This document shows positions 20,330-30,171 of a stretch of DNA of 32,000 nucleotides, piece after piece (the first letter of the stretch is position 1; each line of letters starts with the position of its first letter). The DNA lies in the NCBI RefSeq assembly GCF_051201565.1, contig NZ_CP179200.1, positions 1,740,001-1,772,000 of the forward strand, written 5' to 3'. The DNA comes from Pseudothioglobus sp. nBUS_23 (GTDB lineage Bacteria; Pseudomonadota; Gammaproteobacteria; PS1; Pseudothioglobaceae). The translations under genes were made by a program, and so were the position numbers. The notes beneath the pieces were generated by a model. That model had not been told where the DNA came from. It saw only the letters and a program-made list of their open reading frames with translations, and did no database searches.

Positions 20330-21070
20330 ATGGCAAAGACAACTCACTTTGGCTATAAAGAGGTCGATGTTGAAAAAAAACAAGGTCTGGTAAAAGGAGT
20401 ATTTGACTCAGTAGCAGGGAAATATGATCTCATGAATGATGTCATGTCGATGGGGACTCATAGGCTTTGGAAAAACTATACGATTGCAAGTAGCAATGTA
20501 AAAGAGGGCGACCATGTTCTTGATATTGCTGGTGGCACAGGAGACCTTGCAATCAAGTTTAGAAAAAAAGTTGGACCTGAAGGCAAAGTTATTCTCTCAG
20601 ATATCAATGACTCAATGCTATTGGAGGGAAGAAAAAACCTTTTAAATCATGGCGTCATTGATGTTGACTTTGTTCAGGCAAATGCTGAATCACTTCCCTT
20701 TGAGGACAATTCCTTTGATTGTGTTAGCATAGCATTTGGCTTGAGAAACGTCACACATAAAGATGCGGCATTAAAACAAATGCATAGAGTTCTCAAGAAA
20801 GGTGGTACTCTGTTAATCCTAGAGTTCTCTAAGGTTGAAAACAAGACTCTAGAAAAAATTTATGACCTCTACTCGTTCAATCTAATTCCAAAATTTGGTG
20901 AATTTTTTGCCAATGATGAGGATAGTTATCAATATCTTGCTGAATCAATTCGAAAACACCCTAACCAAGAGACATTGAAAAATATGGTCCTTGATGCAGG
21001 TTTTGAATTTTGTGAATACCATAACCTCACTGGAGGCATAGTTGCACTTCATAAAGCAATTAAAGCCTAA
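20330..21070 (+). CDS. ubiE: Ubiquinone/menaquinone biosynthesis C-methyltransferase
   Basis: 246 aa. N-terminal THFGYKEV and the SAM motif [12 protein letters not shown]. It sits upstream of ubiJ-ubiB. Confidence 0.95.
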   Translation: MAKTTHFGYKEVDVEKKQGLVKGVFDSVAGKYDLMNDVMSMGTHRLWKNYTIASSNVKEGDHVLDIAGGTGDLAIKFRKKVGPEGKVILSDINDSMLLEGRKNLLNHGVIDVDFVQANAESLPFEDNSFDCVSIAFGLRNVTHKDAALKQMHRVLKKGGTLLILEFSKVENKTLEKIYDLYSFNLIPKFGEFFANDEDSYQYLAESIRKHPNQETLKNMVLDAGFEFCEYHNLTGGIVALHKAIKA

Positions 21071-21075
21071 CCAAA

Positions 21076-21591
21076 ATGTTTCGCCTGACTATTGAAAAAT
21101 CTCTGAATCATTTAATTAATGCTAACAATATTGATTTAAATCATATCGATAACAAAATAGTCAGTTTTAGAGTAGATGAGATAGACTTAACCTTATTTTT
21201 TCTTTGTCTAAACTCACGTATTTTTGTAATTGACAATCAACAAAACAAAAAGGTTGATATTTCGGTGACTCTGACTAAATCCTCATTTGTGGCTATATTC
21301 AATGGAGCCTCACTAGAAGAGCTTGTTGAAAATGATGAAATTGAAATCAATGGTAGTGTTAATACCGCTCAACAACTAGCAAACTTATTATCGTCTTCTT
21401 CAATTGATATTGAGGAGCTTATTTCACAATATGCTGGGGACATACTAGCTCACCAAATAGGCCGAGCCTTTAGGCAAATAAAAAAGGCCTCTGTTGGTAA
21501 TGACGATTCAATAATTAATACTATAAAGGACGAAATAAATACGGTGTTAATTGCTCCTAGTCGCTCTAAAATTTTCAAAGGTAGGGCCTAA
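21076..21591 (+). CDS. ubiJ: Ubiquinone biosynthesis accessory factor UbiJ (SCP2-domain protein)
   Basis: 171 aa, located between ubiE and ubiB as in E. coli yigP/ubiJ. The sequence is low-complexity and SCP2-like. The call rests mainly on synteny. Confidence 0.7.
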   Translation: MFRLTIEKSLNHLINANNIDLNHIDNKIVSFRVDEIDLTLFFLCLNSRIFVIDNQQNKKVDISVTLTKSSFVAIFNGASLEELVENDEIEINGSVNTAQQLANLLSSSSIDIEELISQYAGDILAHQIGRAFRQIKKASVGNDDSIINTIKDEINTVLIAPSRSKIFKGRA

Positions 21592-21593
21592 CA

Positions 21594-23197
21594 ATGAAAA
21601 GCTTGTTTCGTTTTGCAGGAATATTGAGAACACTTATCAGATATAGGTTAGATCATTTAATACTGTCTACATCTTTTCTTAAAAGCCTTAGGCCTTTAAT
21701 ATACCTAACACCTTGGCACTATTTTCCTAGCAAAAAACTGGCCAGGGCGAAAGGATTCGACTTGCACTTGAGGAGCTCGGACCAATTTTTATTAAATTTG
21801 GACAGACATTGTCTACCCGAAGAGACCTTCTTCCAGATGATATTGGTGTTGAGCTAGCCAAACTCCAAGACAAATGCCCTCCATTCCCTGCTGCAGAGTC
21901 CAAACTAATTATTGAAAAAGCACTCGGTGATAAAACCTCGAATCTTTTTTCATCATTTGATGAATCCCCTCTTGCCTCAGCCTCTATTGCCCAAGTCCAT
22001 ACTGCGGTGACTCAAAATGGGGAAGAAATAATTATTAAAGTTGTGCGCCCAGGCATTGAAAAACAAATCAAAAGAGATGTCCGACTTCTTTATGCTTTAG
22101 CTACTCTTGCTGAAAAACACAGCGATGGAAAAAGGCTTAGACCCAAGGAGGCTGTAAAGGAGTTTGAAGGAATTATTTACAACGAACTGAACATGATGGT
22201 GGAGGCGGCCAATGCCTCGCTTCTTGGTAAAAACTTTAATAATTCCGATCTTCTATATGTCCCCAAAGTTCATTGGGATCTTTGTCGATCAAATATTTTG
22301 GTGACGGAGCGAATCTATGGAACACCCGTCAATGACATAGAAGCGCTAAAGAAGAAAAATGTTGACTTTAAGTCTCTTGCCGAGGATGGAGTAATTATAT
22401 TTTTTACCCAGGTCTTTGACCACAATTTTTTTCATGCCGATATGCACCCAGGAAATATTTTTGTTGGTGAAAACAACCAATATACTGGGGTGGACTTTGG
22501 AATTATGGGCACCCTAACTGAGGCTGATCAATATTATTTAGCCCAAAACTTTATGGCATTTTTTAATCAAGACTACAAGCGGGTTGCACAAGTTCACCTT
22601 GAGTCTGGTTGGATACCCGAGGGAACTAATGTAATGGAATTTGAAAATGCTATCAGAAGCGTCTGCGAACCAATCTTTGAAAAGCCATTAAGTGAAATTT
22701 CCTTTGGACAAGTTTTACTAAGCCTTTTAAAAGAAGCCAAACGCTTTGATATGGAAGTTCAGCCTCAACTGCTTTTGCTATATAAAACGCTGCTTAACAT
22801 AGAAGGCTTAGGACGCTCTCTTTATCCTGATCTTGATCTCTGGGCTACTGCAAAACCTTACCTTGAAAAACTAGCTAAAGAAAAATTCAGTTTTAAAGGC
22901 ACTCTCAATAAAATATCTGACCAGCTGCCTCAGATCGTATCAGAATTACCTGAAATACCAATGCTAGTAATTAATGCCCTCAAGCAGATCGAAAGTGGGG
23001 CCTTAAAGACTGAAAATTCAAAGAAACAAACAGAGGCGATAGTAAAACAATTGAGAGAAAACGCCTCTAAACAAAGATTGGGCTTGTTTGCGATTTCATT
23101 TCTTATAATTTCTGTGTATTTTGCCTCTCAATTAGCCTGGTCCTTTGCTATTCCCAGCGCAACGCTATGCGTTATTTTTTGGCTTAAGTCTAGATAG
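21594..23197 (+). pseudogene. ubiB: UbiB (ABC1-family kinase-like ubiquinone biosynthesis protein) split by a one-nucleotide frame disruption. This could be a true pseudogene, a sequencing error or recoding.
   Basis: ORF 21594-21857 encodes the UbiB N-terminus up to ...YFPSKKLA. The conserved continuation GERIRLALEELGPIFIKFGQTLSTRRDLLPDD is readable only in the -1 frame, from 21746 (that frame is open from 21731). The track calls it from TTG 21809 to 23197. The large fragment carries ASIAQVH and HADMHPGNIF and two C-terminal TM helices. Confidence 0.85.
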
Positions 23198-23277
23198 ATA
23201 AAATTAGCTATATAAAAAGAATTTCGGGTAAAATATCACCTCTTGCCTGTTTGGTCGCAAAATAGGCAACTATAGAT

Positions 23278-23301
23278 ACACCGCTTGAAGTGGTGTTTTT
23301 T
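23278..23301 (+). terminator. Hairpin plus T-run: candidate intrinsic terminator of the ubi array and/or rplY leader structure
   Basis: ACACCGC (23278-23284) pairs with GTGGTGT (23290-23296), giving 7 bp including one G-U, around the loop TTGAA. The 6-T run at 23296-23301 begins with the last stem nucleotide and ends 20 nt before the rplY ATG. Confidence 0.5.
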
Positions 23302-23321
23302 CATATATTGGAGAACTCAAA

Positions 23322-24020
23322 ATGAGTATTACTGTAAACGCAACAGAGCGTGAAGACCAGGGGAAAGGTGCGAGCCGCCGCCTGAGAAAAGAAGAAAAAG
23401 TGCCTAGTATTATTTATGGTGGAAAGAAAGAGCCACAAATGGTAACACTAAGCATTCACGAAATTACCCACCTATTAGAAGATGAAAATACATTCACTTC
23501 AGTTTTAGACTTAGTAGTAGGCGAATCAACTGATTCGGTTGTTTTAAAAGATATTCAACGCCATCCAGCCAAAAATACCATCACTCATGTAGACTTTTTA
23601 CGTGTTGATGCTAAACAAACTCTTGTCACTACTACGCCACTTCACTTTGTAGGAGTGGAAGAAAACGAAGCCTTAAGGCTGGGCAATATGCTAAACCAGT
23701 TTGTTGTTTCGATTGAGATTTCATGTCTACCTAAAGACTTACCTCACGGTATTGACGTAGATGTAAGTAGTCTTGAGGTTGGCGATCATCTTTCATTAAC
23801 CGATCTTGTCTTGCCAGAGGGTGTTGTTATTAATGCCTTGCAACATGAGGATGTTGAGGCACACGACCAGACTGTATGTTCAGTGTCGGAGCCGAAAGTA
23901 GTTGAGGAAGAAGAAGAAATTATTGAGGATGGTGAATCTGAAGAGGGTGGTGAAGACTCAGCAGAAGACTCTGCAGACTCTGCAGATTCAGACTCAAAAG
24001 ATGGTGACGACAACGAATAA
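23322..24020 (+). CDS. rplY: 50S ribosomal protein L25, long Ctc-type with an acidic C-terminal tail
   Basis: 232 aa. N-terminal RRLRKEEKVPSIIYGG and the L25/Ctc two-domain length. It is followed by pth and ychF, as in Pseudomonas-type synteny. Confidence 0.93.
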   Translation: MSITVNATEREDQGKGASRRLRKEEKVPSIIYGGKKEPQMVTLSIHEITHLLEDENTFTSVLDLVVGESTDSVVLKDIQRHPAKNTITHVDFLRVDAKQTLVTTTPLHFVGVEENEALRLGNMLNQFVVSIEISCLPKDLPHGIDVDVSSLEVGDHLSLTDLVLPEGVVINALQHEDVEAHDQTVCSVSEPKVVEEEEEIIEDGESEEGGEDSAEDSADSADSDSKDGDDNE

Positions 24021-24068
24021 AGTATCGTCAGTCTTATTGGCTCAACAAGCGTAAAATGAAGCGCTGTA

Positions 24069-24635
24069 ATGATTAAACTAATTGTTGGACTGGGTAATCC
24101 CGGAAAAAATTATCAGGAACATCGTCACAATGCAGGCTTTTGGTTTGTTGAGTCACTAGCTTCTTTAAATGACTCCAAGTTTACGAGTCAGTCAAAGTTT
24201 CTAGGTGAATCATCAGATCTTAACCTAAACTCAAATAAAGTTTTTCTGTTGAAGCCCCAAACCTTTATGAATAATTCTGGTGGCTCAATAAAAAGCTTTT
24301 TAAACTACTATGACATTTCACCAGAAGAGACTTTGGTTGTTCATGACGAGCTCGACTTGCCTGTTGGAATTGTCAAATTAAAACTGGGTGGTGGCCATGG
24401 TGGCCATAATGGCCTAAGGGACGTCATGAAAGCCCTTGGATCAAAAAATTTCTATCGCCTTCGAATCGGAATTGAGCACCCTGGATCTAAAAATGAAGTT
24501 GTTGACTATGTTTTAAATGCTCCTAGCAAATCAGAGCTATGCGCCATTAAAGAGAGCATATCAAGGGCTAGTAAAATTGTTGAATTATTAGTTAAAGGTA
24601 GTTTTGAAGAGGCCATGAAGGCTCTTCATACATAA
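24069..24635 (+). CDS. pth: Peptidyl-tRNA hydrolase
   Basis: 188 aa. LIVGLGNPGKNYQEHRHNAGF, containing the catalytic His region. Confidence 0.96.
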   Translation: MIKLIVGLGNPGKNYQEHRHNAGFWFVESLASLNDSKFTSQSKFLGESSDLNLNSNKVFLLKPQTFMNNSGGSIKSFLNYYDISPEETLVVHDELDLPVGIVKLKLGGGHGGHNGLRDVMKALGSKNFYRLRIGIEHPGSKNEVVDYVLNAPSKSELCAIKESISRASKIVELLVKGSFEEAMKALHT

Positions 24636-24650
24636 CATTGGAGAAATATA

Positions 24651-25742
24651 ATGGGCTTTAAGTGTGGAATTGTTGGACTTCCAAATGTTGGCAAGTCAAC
24701 ACTCTTTAATGCGCTCACAAAGGCTGGAATCGACTCAGAAAACTATCCTTTTTGTACTATAGAGCCAAATATTGGTATTGTTCCAGTAAACGACACTCGA
24801 CTTCAAAGCCTCGCTGAAATTGCAAAACCTGAAAAAATACTCCCAACCACAATGGAGTTTGTTGATATTGCAGGGCTGGTAGAAGGCGCGTCCAAGGGTG
24901 AAGGTCTTGGAAATCAATTCCTCTCAAATATCAGAGAAACAGATGCTATTCTTCATTTGGTTCGTTGTTTTGAAAATGATGACATTATTCATGTTTCAGG
25001 AAAAGTCAGCCCTTTAGATGACATTGAAACAATTAATACTGAGCTTGCACTTGCGGATCTATTTAGTGCTGAAAAAGTCTATCAAAAAGCATTGAAAAAC
25101 TCAAAGGCGGGACAGAAAGAAGGCCTACCTTTAAAAAACTTACTCGAAAAAATCCTTCCAGTTCTAGAAGAGGGCTTAGCCATCAGATCTTTAGACTTTA
25201 ATGAAGAGGAAGCAAAGCTTCTTAAAAGCCTTCAACTCTTAACTTCTAAGCCTGTACTTTATGTTGCAAATGTTAACGAAGATGGGTTTGATAACAATCC
25301 ACATCTGGCTAAATTATTAGAATACGCAAGCTCAGAAAATAGCCAGGTTGTATCTGTCTGTGCAGATATTGAGGCTGAGATTGCCGAACTTGACGAGGAA
25401 GACAAACAAGGCTTTTTAGATGAAATGGGTCAAACCGAGTCTGGACTTGATCGATTAATAAAAGCAGGCTACAGGCTTCTTGGACTGCACACTTATTTTA
25501 CTGCTGGCCCAAAAGAAGTCAAAGCCTGGACAATTAACATTGGAGATTCAGCCCCTGTAGCCGCGGGTAAAATACATGGTGACTTTGAGAAAGGCTTTAT
25601 TCGCGCTGAAACAATTTCATACACCGACTATATTGAGCACTCTGGAGAAAAGGGGGCAAAAGATGCTGGAAAGTTACGCTCCGAAGGAAAAGATTATGTT
25701 GTCAAAGATGGAGATGTAGTTCATTTTTTATTTAATGTTTAA
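24651..25742 (+). CDS. ychF: Redox-regulated ribosome-binding ATPase YchF
   Basis: 363 aa. P-loop [12 protein letters not shown] and a C-terminal TGS-like domain. Confidence 0.96.
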   Translation: MGFKCGIVGLPNVGKSTLFNALTKAGIDSENYPFCTIEPNIGIVPVNDTRLQSLAEIAKPEKILPTTMEFVDIAGLVEGASKGEGLGNQFLSNIRETDAILHLVRCFENDDIIHVSGKVSPLDDIETINTELALADLFSAEKVYQKALKNSKAGQKEGLPLKNLLEKILPVLEEGLAIRSLDFNEEEAKLLKSLQLLTSKPVLYVANVNEDGFDNNPHLAKLLEYASSENSQVVSVCADIEAEIAELDEEDKQGFLDEMGQTESGLDRLIKAGYRLLGLHTYFTAGPKEVKAWTINIGDSAPVAAGKIHGDFEKGFIRAETISYTDYIEHSGEKGAKDAGKLRSEGKDYVVKDGDVVHFLFNV

Positions 25743-25754
25743 GTACCGAGTCTG

Positions 25755-27281
25755 ATGGAAAAAACAAAACTACTTTTAATCTTAGATGGGTGGGGTTATT
25801 CGAGTGATACCTCTAATAATGCTATTGCCCTAGCAGATACGCCTAATTGGGATCATTTTATAGAGAATTATCCAAACACCCTTATTGGCACCTCTGGAAA
25901 CAGCGTAGGTCTTCCAGATGGACAAATGGGTAACTCTGAGGTTGGCCACCTGACTATTGGCTCGGGAAGAATTATTGAGCAGGATTTTACAAGAATTGAA
26001 AATTCAATAAAGTCTGGTGATTTTTTTTCCAATGAAGTGCTATGTAAAGCCCTTGCCTCAGCAAGTGAAAAAGGAAAGGCTGTGCATGTTCTCGGACTGC
26101 TATCCGATGGAGGTGTTCACTCACACCAAGATCATATCTTTGCGGCTCTTAAGCTTGCCAAAGAGAAAAAATGTGACAAGGTCTATATCCATATTTTTAC
26201 TGATGGGCGCGATACGCCGCCTAATAGTGCCTCAACTTATGTCAACGACCTAGAGAAACAAATTTCCGAAATAGGAGTCGGTAAAATTGTATCAATTGCT
26301 GGACGCTTTTATGCAATGGACAGGGATAATCGCTGGGAAAGGGTTTCAAAAGCCTATAAACTTATATCACAAGGAGTTGGCGAGCGACAAGCAAGCAATG
26401 CCCAAGAAGCTATTCAAAAGGCTTATGACCTAGGCGAAAATGATGAATTTCTATCGCCAACATCAATAGGCAGCCCTGTTAGGTTAGAGGATGGCGACCT
26501 AATGATTTTTATGAATTATCGAGCTGATAGAGCAAGAGAAATAACTCAAGCCCTTGCAATGTCCAGATTTGATGCGTTCAATCGAGAATATTTTGCTGAG
26601 TGCACTTTTGTCTGTCTTACAGAATATAAAAAAGACTTTGGTCTTGATTGTGCGTTCCCGCCGATATCTGTCAAAAACACTCTAGGGGATTGCGTGTCAG
26701 ATCTTGGATTTAAGCAGCTTAGAATAGCTGAAACTGAAAAATATGCGCATGTTACTTTTTTCTTCAATGGTGGTGTTGAAGAAAGTCTTCCTGGTGAAGA
26801 TAGAAAGCTTATTCAGTCGCCCAAAGTAAAAACTTATGATCTGCAACCGGAGATGAGTGCATTCGAACTCACAGAAGATCTTATTTCTGAGATTAATGCT
26901 CAAAAATATAGCCTTATTATATGCAACTTTGCAAACACCGACATGGTTGGACATACTGGGAAACTCGAAGCGGCGATTAAGGCTGTAGAAGCTGTTGATA
27001 GCTGTCTTGGAAAAATCCATCGTGCAGCTAAAGAAACAAAAACAGAGGTTTTAATTACTGCTGACCATGGAAATGCAGAACAGATGACAGACTCTATAAC
27101 TCAGAAAAGCCATACTGCTCATACAACTAATCCGGTTCCATTAATTTATATTGGTGAAAAGAAAAGTTCGCTATTAGGTCCACATATTGGTACACTGGCA
27201 GACATAGCGCCAACTCTTTTGTCGCTCATGAACATTGAGCAGCCAAGCGAGATGTCAGGAAAAAGCCTTCTAACTAATTAG
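25755..27281 (+). CDS. gpmI: 2,3-bisphosphoglycerate-independent phosphoglycerate mutase
   Basis: 508 aa. Catalytic Ser region MGNSEVGH and the metal-binding ADHGN. Confidence 0.96.
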   Translation: MEKTKLLLILDGWGYSSDTSNNAIALADTPNWDHFIENYPNTLIGTSGNSVGLPDGQMGNSEVGHLTIGSGRIIEQDFTRIENSIKSGDFFSNEVLCKALASASEKGKAVHVLGLLSDGGVHSHQDHIFAALKLAKEKKCDKVYIHIFTDGRDTPPNSASTYVNDLEKQISEIGVGKIVSIAGRFYAMDRDNRWERVSKAYKLISQGVGERQASNAQEAIQKAYDLGENDEFLSPTSIGSPVRLEDGDLMIFMNYRADRAREITQALAMSRFDAFNREYFAECTFVCLTEYKKDFGLDCAFPPISVKNTLGDCVSDLGFKQLRIAETEKYAHVTFFFNGGVEESLPGEDRKLIQSPKVKTYDLQPEMSAFELTEDLISEINAQKYSLIICNFANTDMVGHTGKLEAAIKAVEAVDSCLGKIHRAAKETKTEVLITADHGNAEQMTDSITQKSHTAHTTNPVPLIYIGEKKSSLLGPHIGTLADIAPTLLSLMNIEQPSEMSGKSLLTN

Positions 27282-27292
27282 TGGATAGTGAC

Positions 27293-27967
27293 ATGAAAAA
27301 AGACAACTTTATCGCCCCCTCAATACTCTCTGCAAACTTTGCTAAGCTTGGTGAGGAAGTTGACAATGTCTTGAATGCAGGAGCAGACATAGTTCATTTT
27401 GACGTAATGGATAATCACTATGTCCCAAACCTAACCATAGGGCCATTAGTTTGTGAGGCCTTAAGAAATCATGGGGTTACAGCGCCTATTGATGTCCACC
27501 TCATGGTGAAACCAGTTGACCGAATTATTCCTGATTTTGCAAGCGCTGGAGCTTCTTACATAACCTTTCATCCAGAGGCTTCAGAACATATTGATCGAAC
27601 AATTAGTCTTATTAAAGAAAGTGGCTGTAAGGCTGGTTTAGTTTTTAATCCTGCAACCCCTCTTAACCACTTAGATCATGTTATTGACCAACTTGATATG
27701 GTTTTATTAATGTCGGTTAATCCAGGCTTTGGCGGTCAGTCATTTATTCCTAAAACCCTTGAAAAATTAAGGATTGTTAGAAACTTAATTGACTCAAGAA
27801 ATCTTCAAACCAGGCTTGAAATTGACGGGGGAGTGAAGATTGAGAATATTAAGGAGATAGCCTCAGCTGGGGCTGATACATTTGTAGCTGGGTCTGCTAT
27901 TTTCAATACAGATGACTATAAAAAAACAATAGATAAAATGCGCTCTGAGCTTTCACAAGCATCGTGA
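27293..27967 (+). CDS. rpe: Ribulose-phosphate 3-epimerase
   Basis: [29 protein letters not shown] and DGG motifs. The ATG at 27293 gives an N-terminus ([12 protein letters not shown]) that matches E. coli Rpe better than the GTG at 27281 used by the track. Confidence 0.94.
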   Translation: MKKDNFIAPSILSANFAKLGEEVDNVLNAGADIVHFDVMDNHYVPNLTIGPLVCEALRNHGVTAPIDVHLMVKPVDRIIPDFASAGASYITFHPEASEHIDRTISLIKESGCKAGLVFNPATPLNHLDHVIDQLDMVLLMSVNPGFGGQSFIPKTLEKLRIVRNLIDSRNLQTRLEIDGGVKIENIKEIASAGADTFVAGSAIFNTDDYKKTIDKMRSELSQAS

Positions 27968-28078
27968 CAAAAGAGCAGTCAAAGGCCTAAATTTTTAAAC
28001 CATATGCCAAGGCAATTTCAAAACAACGCTGCAATTAGTTATGAGAAAATATTGATTTTATTTTCTAAGTAAATAGTT

Positions 28079-29380
28079 ATGGGAAAGTCGTCTTTCTTGG
28101 GGCCTGAAACAATATCACTTCATTCGGGATACGAACCAGACTCTTCATTTGGAAGCAGGGCTGTCCCTGTTTATCAAACCACCTCATATGTTTTCGAGAC
28201 TGTTGATGATGCCGCTGCACTTTTCAATATAGAAAAGGGCGGACATATTTATAGCAGAATGACGAATCCTACGGTTGCCGTTTTAGAGCAGCGAATTGCT
28301 GCATTAGAAGGAGGTGTTGGGGCAATTTGTACAGCCTCGGGCATGAGTGCACTTTTTGTTACTTTTGTCAGCCTTTGTTCTGCTGGTGATCATATTGTCA
28401 GCGCCTCACAAATCTATGGATCAACTGCGACACTTCTTAGACACACCCTCAAAAGATTTAATATTGACTGTACTTTTGTCTCCATTAATGATGAAAAAGC
28501 TCTTAAAGCGGCCATACAGGAAAACACAAAACTCGTCTTTTGTGAATCAATTGGCAACCCAGGACTGGAGGTATCAAACCTGCCCAAAATTTCAAACATT
28601 GCTCATCAAAACAACCTCCCTCTTGTTATTGACGCAACATTTGCAACACCAGCGCTTTGTAAGCCATTTGAGCATGGAGCTGATGTTGTAGTGCATTCTG
28701 TTACAAAATGGATGGGAGGACATGGAGTTGCTGTAGGAGGTGTCATTGTTGATGGTGGTGCTTTTGACTGGGGTGCTGCTAACAAACATCCAGAGCTTAC
28801 TACGCCTTATGAGCCATTCCATGGAATAAACTTCTGGGAAGAGTTTGGGCCCTCCGCACTTTCAATGAAAATTAGAGCAGAGTCTATGCGTGACTTTGGC
28901 CCGGCCATGAGCCCTCACAGCGCTTTTTTACTTCTTCAGGGCATTGAAACTCTTAGTCTTCGAATGAGCCAACACGTTAAAAATGCAATCAAACTCGCAA
29001 AATGGCTGCTGGAACAATCTGCAGTAATGTGGGTTAACCATCCTGATCTGCCTGAAAACCCTACCTGCGAAATAGCAAAAGAGCTCTTTCCAAATGGCGC
29101 TGGATCAATGTTATGCTTTGGTGTAAAAGGAGGAAGAGAAGGAGGGGCAGCATTTATTAACTCTCTTAAGCTATCATCAAATTTAGCAAATGTAGGTGAC
29201 TCAAGAACTCTCGTTCTTCACCCTGCAAGCACGACTCACTCTCGACTGGATGATGATGCAATGAAAGCTTCTGGAACAAGCCCAGATTTAATCAGAGTGT
29301 CAGTTGGAATCGAGTCTGTTAATGACATCATCAATGATTTTAAAGTTGGCCTTAAGGCAGTAGAAAAGGCAACTGCGTAA
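28079..29380 (+). CDS. metY: O-acetylhomoserine sulfhydrylase (PLP-dependent, MetY/MetZ type)
   Basis: 433 aa Cys/Met-metabolism PLP enzyme. Motifs: [16 protein letters not shown] and the PLP-Lys in [11 protein letters not shown]. Confidence 0.9.
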   Translation: MGKSSFLGPETISLHSGYEPDSSFGSRAVPVYQTTSYVFETVDDAAALFNIEKGGHIYSRMTNPTVAVLEQRIAALEGGVGAICTASGMSALFVTFVSLCSAGDHIVSASQIYGSTATLLRHTLKRFNIDCTFVSINDEKALKAAIQENTKLVFCESIGNPGLEVSNLPKISNIAHQNNLPLVIDATFATPALCKPFEHGADVVVHSVTKWMGGHGVAVGGVIVDGGAFDWGAANKHPELTTPYEPFHGINFWEEFGPSALSMKIRAESMRDFGPAMSPHSAFLLLQGIETLSLRMSQHVKNAIKLAKWLLEQSAVMWVNHPDLPENPTCEIAKELFPNGAGSMLCFGVKGGREGGAAFINSLKLSSNLANVGDSRTLVLHPASTTHSRLDDDAMKASGTSPDLIRVSVGIESVNDIINDFKVGLKAVEKATA

Positions 29381-30171
29381 TGAATATTGTTGTTGACGGA
29401 GTAGATATTTTTGTGGCTACGGGAGGCTGCGCTTTTGACCCAAAAAAACCGACAGTGGTTTTTGTCCATGGAAGTGGTCTCGATCATAGGTCTTGGGCGC
29501 TCCAGGCAAGATGGTTTGCATTTCATGGCTTCTCTGTTTTAGCGCCTGATTTGCCTGGACACAGCTTGTCAGAAGGAGAGCCTCTTAAGTCGATTGAAAG
29601 TATGGGCAAATGGCTAGTGAAAGCCATCAAACACTCGGGCGCGGAAAACGTCCACCTGGTTGGTCATTCACAAGGCTTTCTTGTAGCCCTTGAAGCGGCT
29701 ATTCTTTTAGAAGACAAATTAAAATCTTTAACTGCTGTTGCGAGCGCCTCAGCAATCCCTGTGAATGAATCGCTCGTTGATACGGCTCAAAAAAATACAA
29801 AAGAAGCTGCCGACATGCTCTTGAGGTGGGGCTTTGGATCTCGATCTCATGCAGGCGGTAGTGCAGTACCTGGGATGCAACCAATAGGGATTGGGCGCCA
29901 AATTATGTCATCAAATCCTTTGGCTGAGGATCTCTTAGCTTGTAATAAATATAAGAACGGAATAAACTGTGCGAAAAATATTAAAGCGCCCTCAAACGTT
30001 ATTGTGGCAACAGAAGACAAAAACACTCCATACAAATTTGGGTTAGAACTTGCGGAGGCTTTAGGGGCAGAAACTACAACTGTTTCTGGCTCGGGACATA
30101 TGCTTCCAATTGAGGCTCCAAAGAGCACCTTGGATGCCATTAAATCATTTATCTTAAAAATAAATCCATGA
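29380..30171 (+). CDS. Alpha/beta-fold hydrolase of unknown specificity
   Basis: 263 aa. HGSG oxyanion region, nucleophile elbow GHSQG and a C-terminal His in SGSGHMLPIEAP. Its start shares 1 nt with the metY stop (TAATG). Its stop overlaps the next start (ATGA). Confidence 0.8.
   Translation: MNIVVDGVDIFVATGGCAFDPKKPTVVFVHGSGLDHRSWALQARWFAFHGFSVLAPDLPGHSLSEGEPLKSIESMGKWLVKAIKHSGAENVHLVGHSQGFLVALEAAILLEDKLKSLTAVASASAIPVNESLVDTAQKNTKEAADMLLRWGFGSRSHAGGSAVPGMQPIGIGRQIMSSNPLAEDLLACNKYKNGINCAKNIKAPSNVIVATEDKNTPYKFGLELAEALGAETTTVSGSGHMLPIEAPKSTLDAIKSFILKINP

Noticed and set aside
21731-21738. The CAAAAAAC run as a programmed -1 ribosomal frameshift site in ubiB.
   Set aside because: The A-run is not in the X-XXY-YYZ phase relative to frame 0, and I see no downstream stimulatory structure. 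The junction predicted from a simple indel near the GGG run matches E. coli UbiB better. It is kept only as a minor alternative under the ubiB finding.
27281-27292. GTG start at 27281 for rpe, sharing a base with the gpmI stop.
   Set aside because: The ATG at 27293 gives an N-terminus that aligns with known Rpe proteins ([11 protein letters not shown]). The GTG remains a possible alternative.
27968-28078. Possible SAM riboswitch (SAM-II/SAM-V type) in the spacer upstream of metY, a classic location for one in marine bacteria.
   Set aside because: I could not identify a pseudoknot-forming stem set or any conserved core that I could confidently match. A covariance-model scan (Rfam SAM-II, SAM-V, SAM/SAH) would be needed. 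No claim is made.
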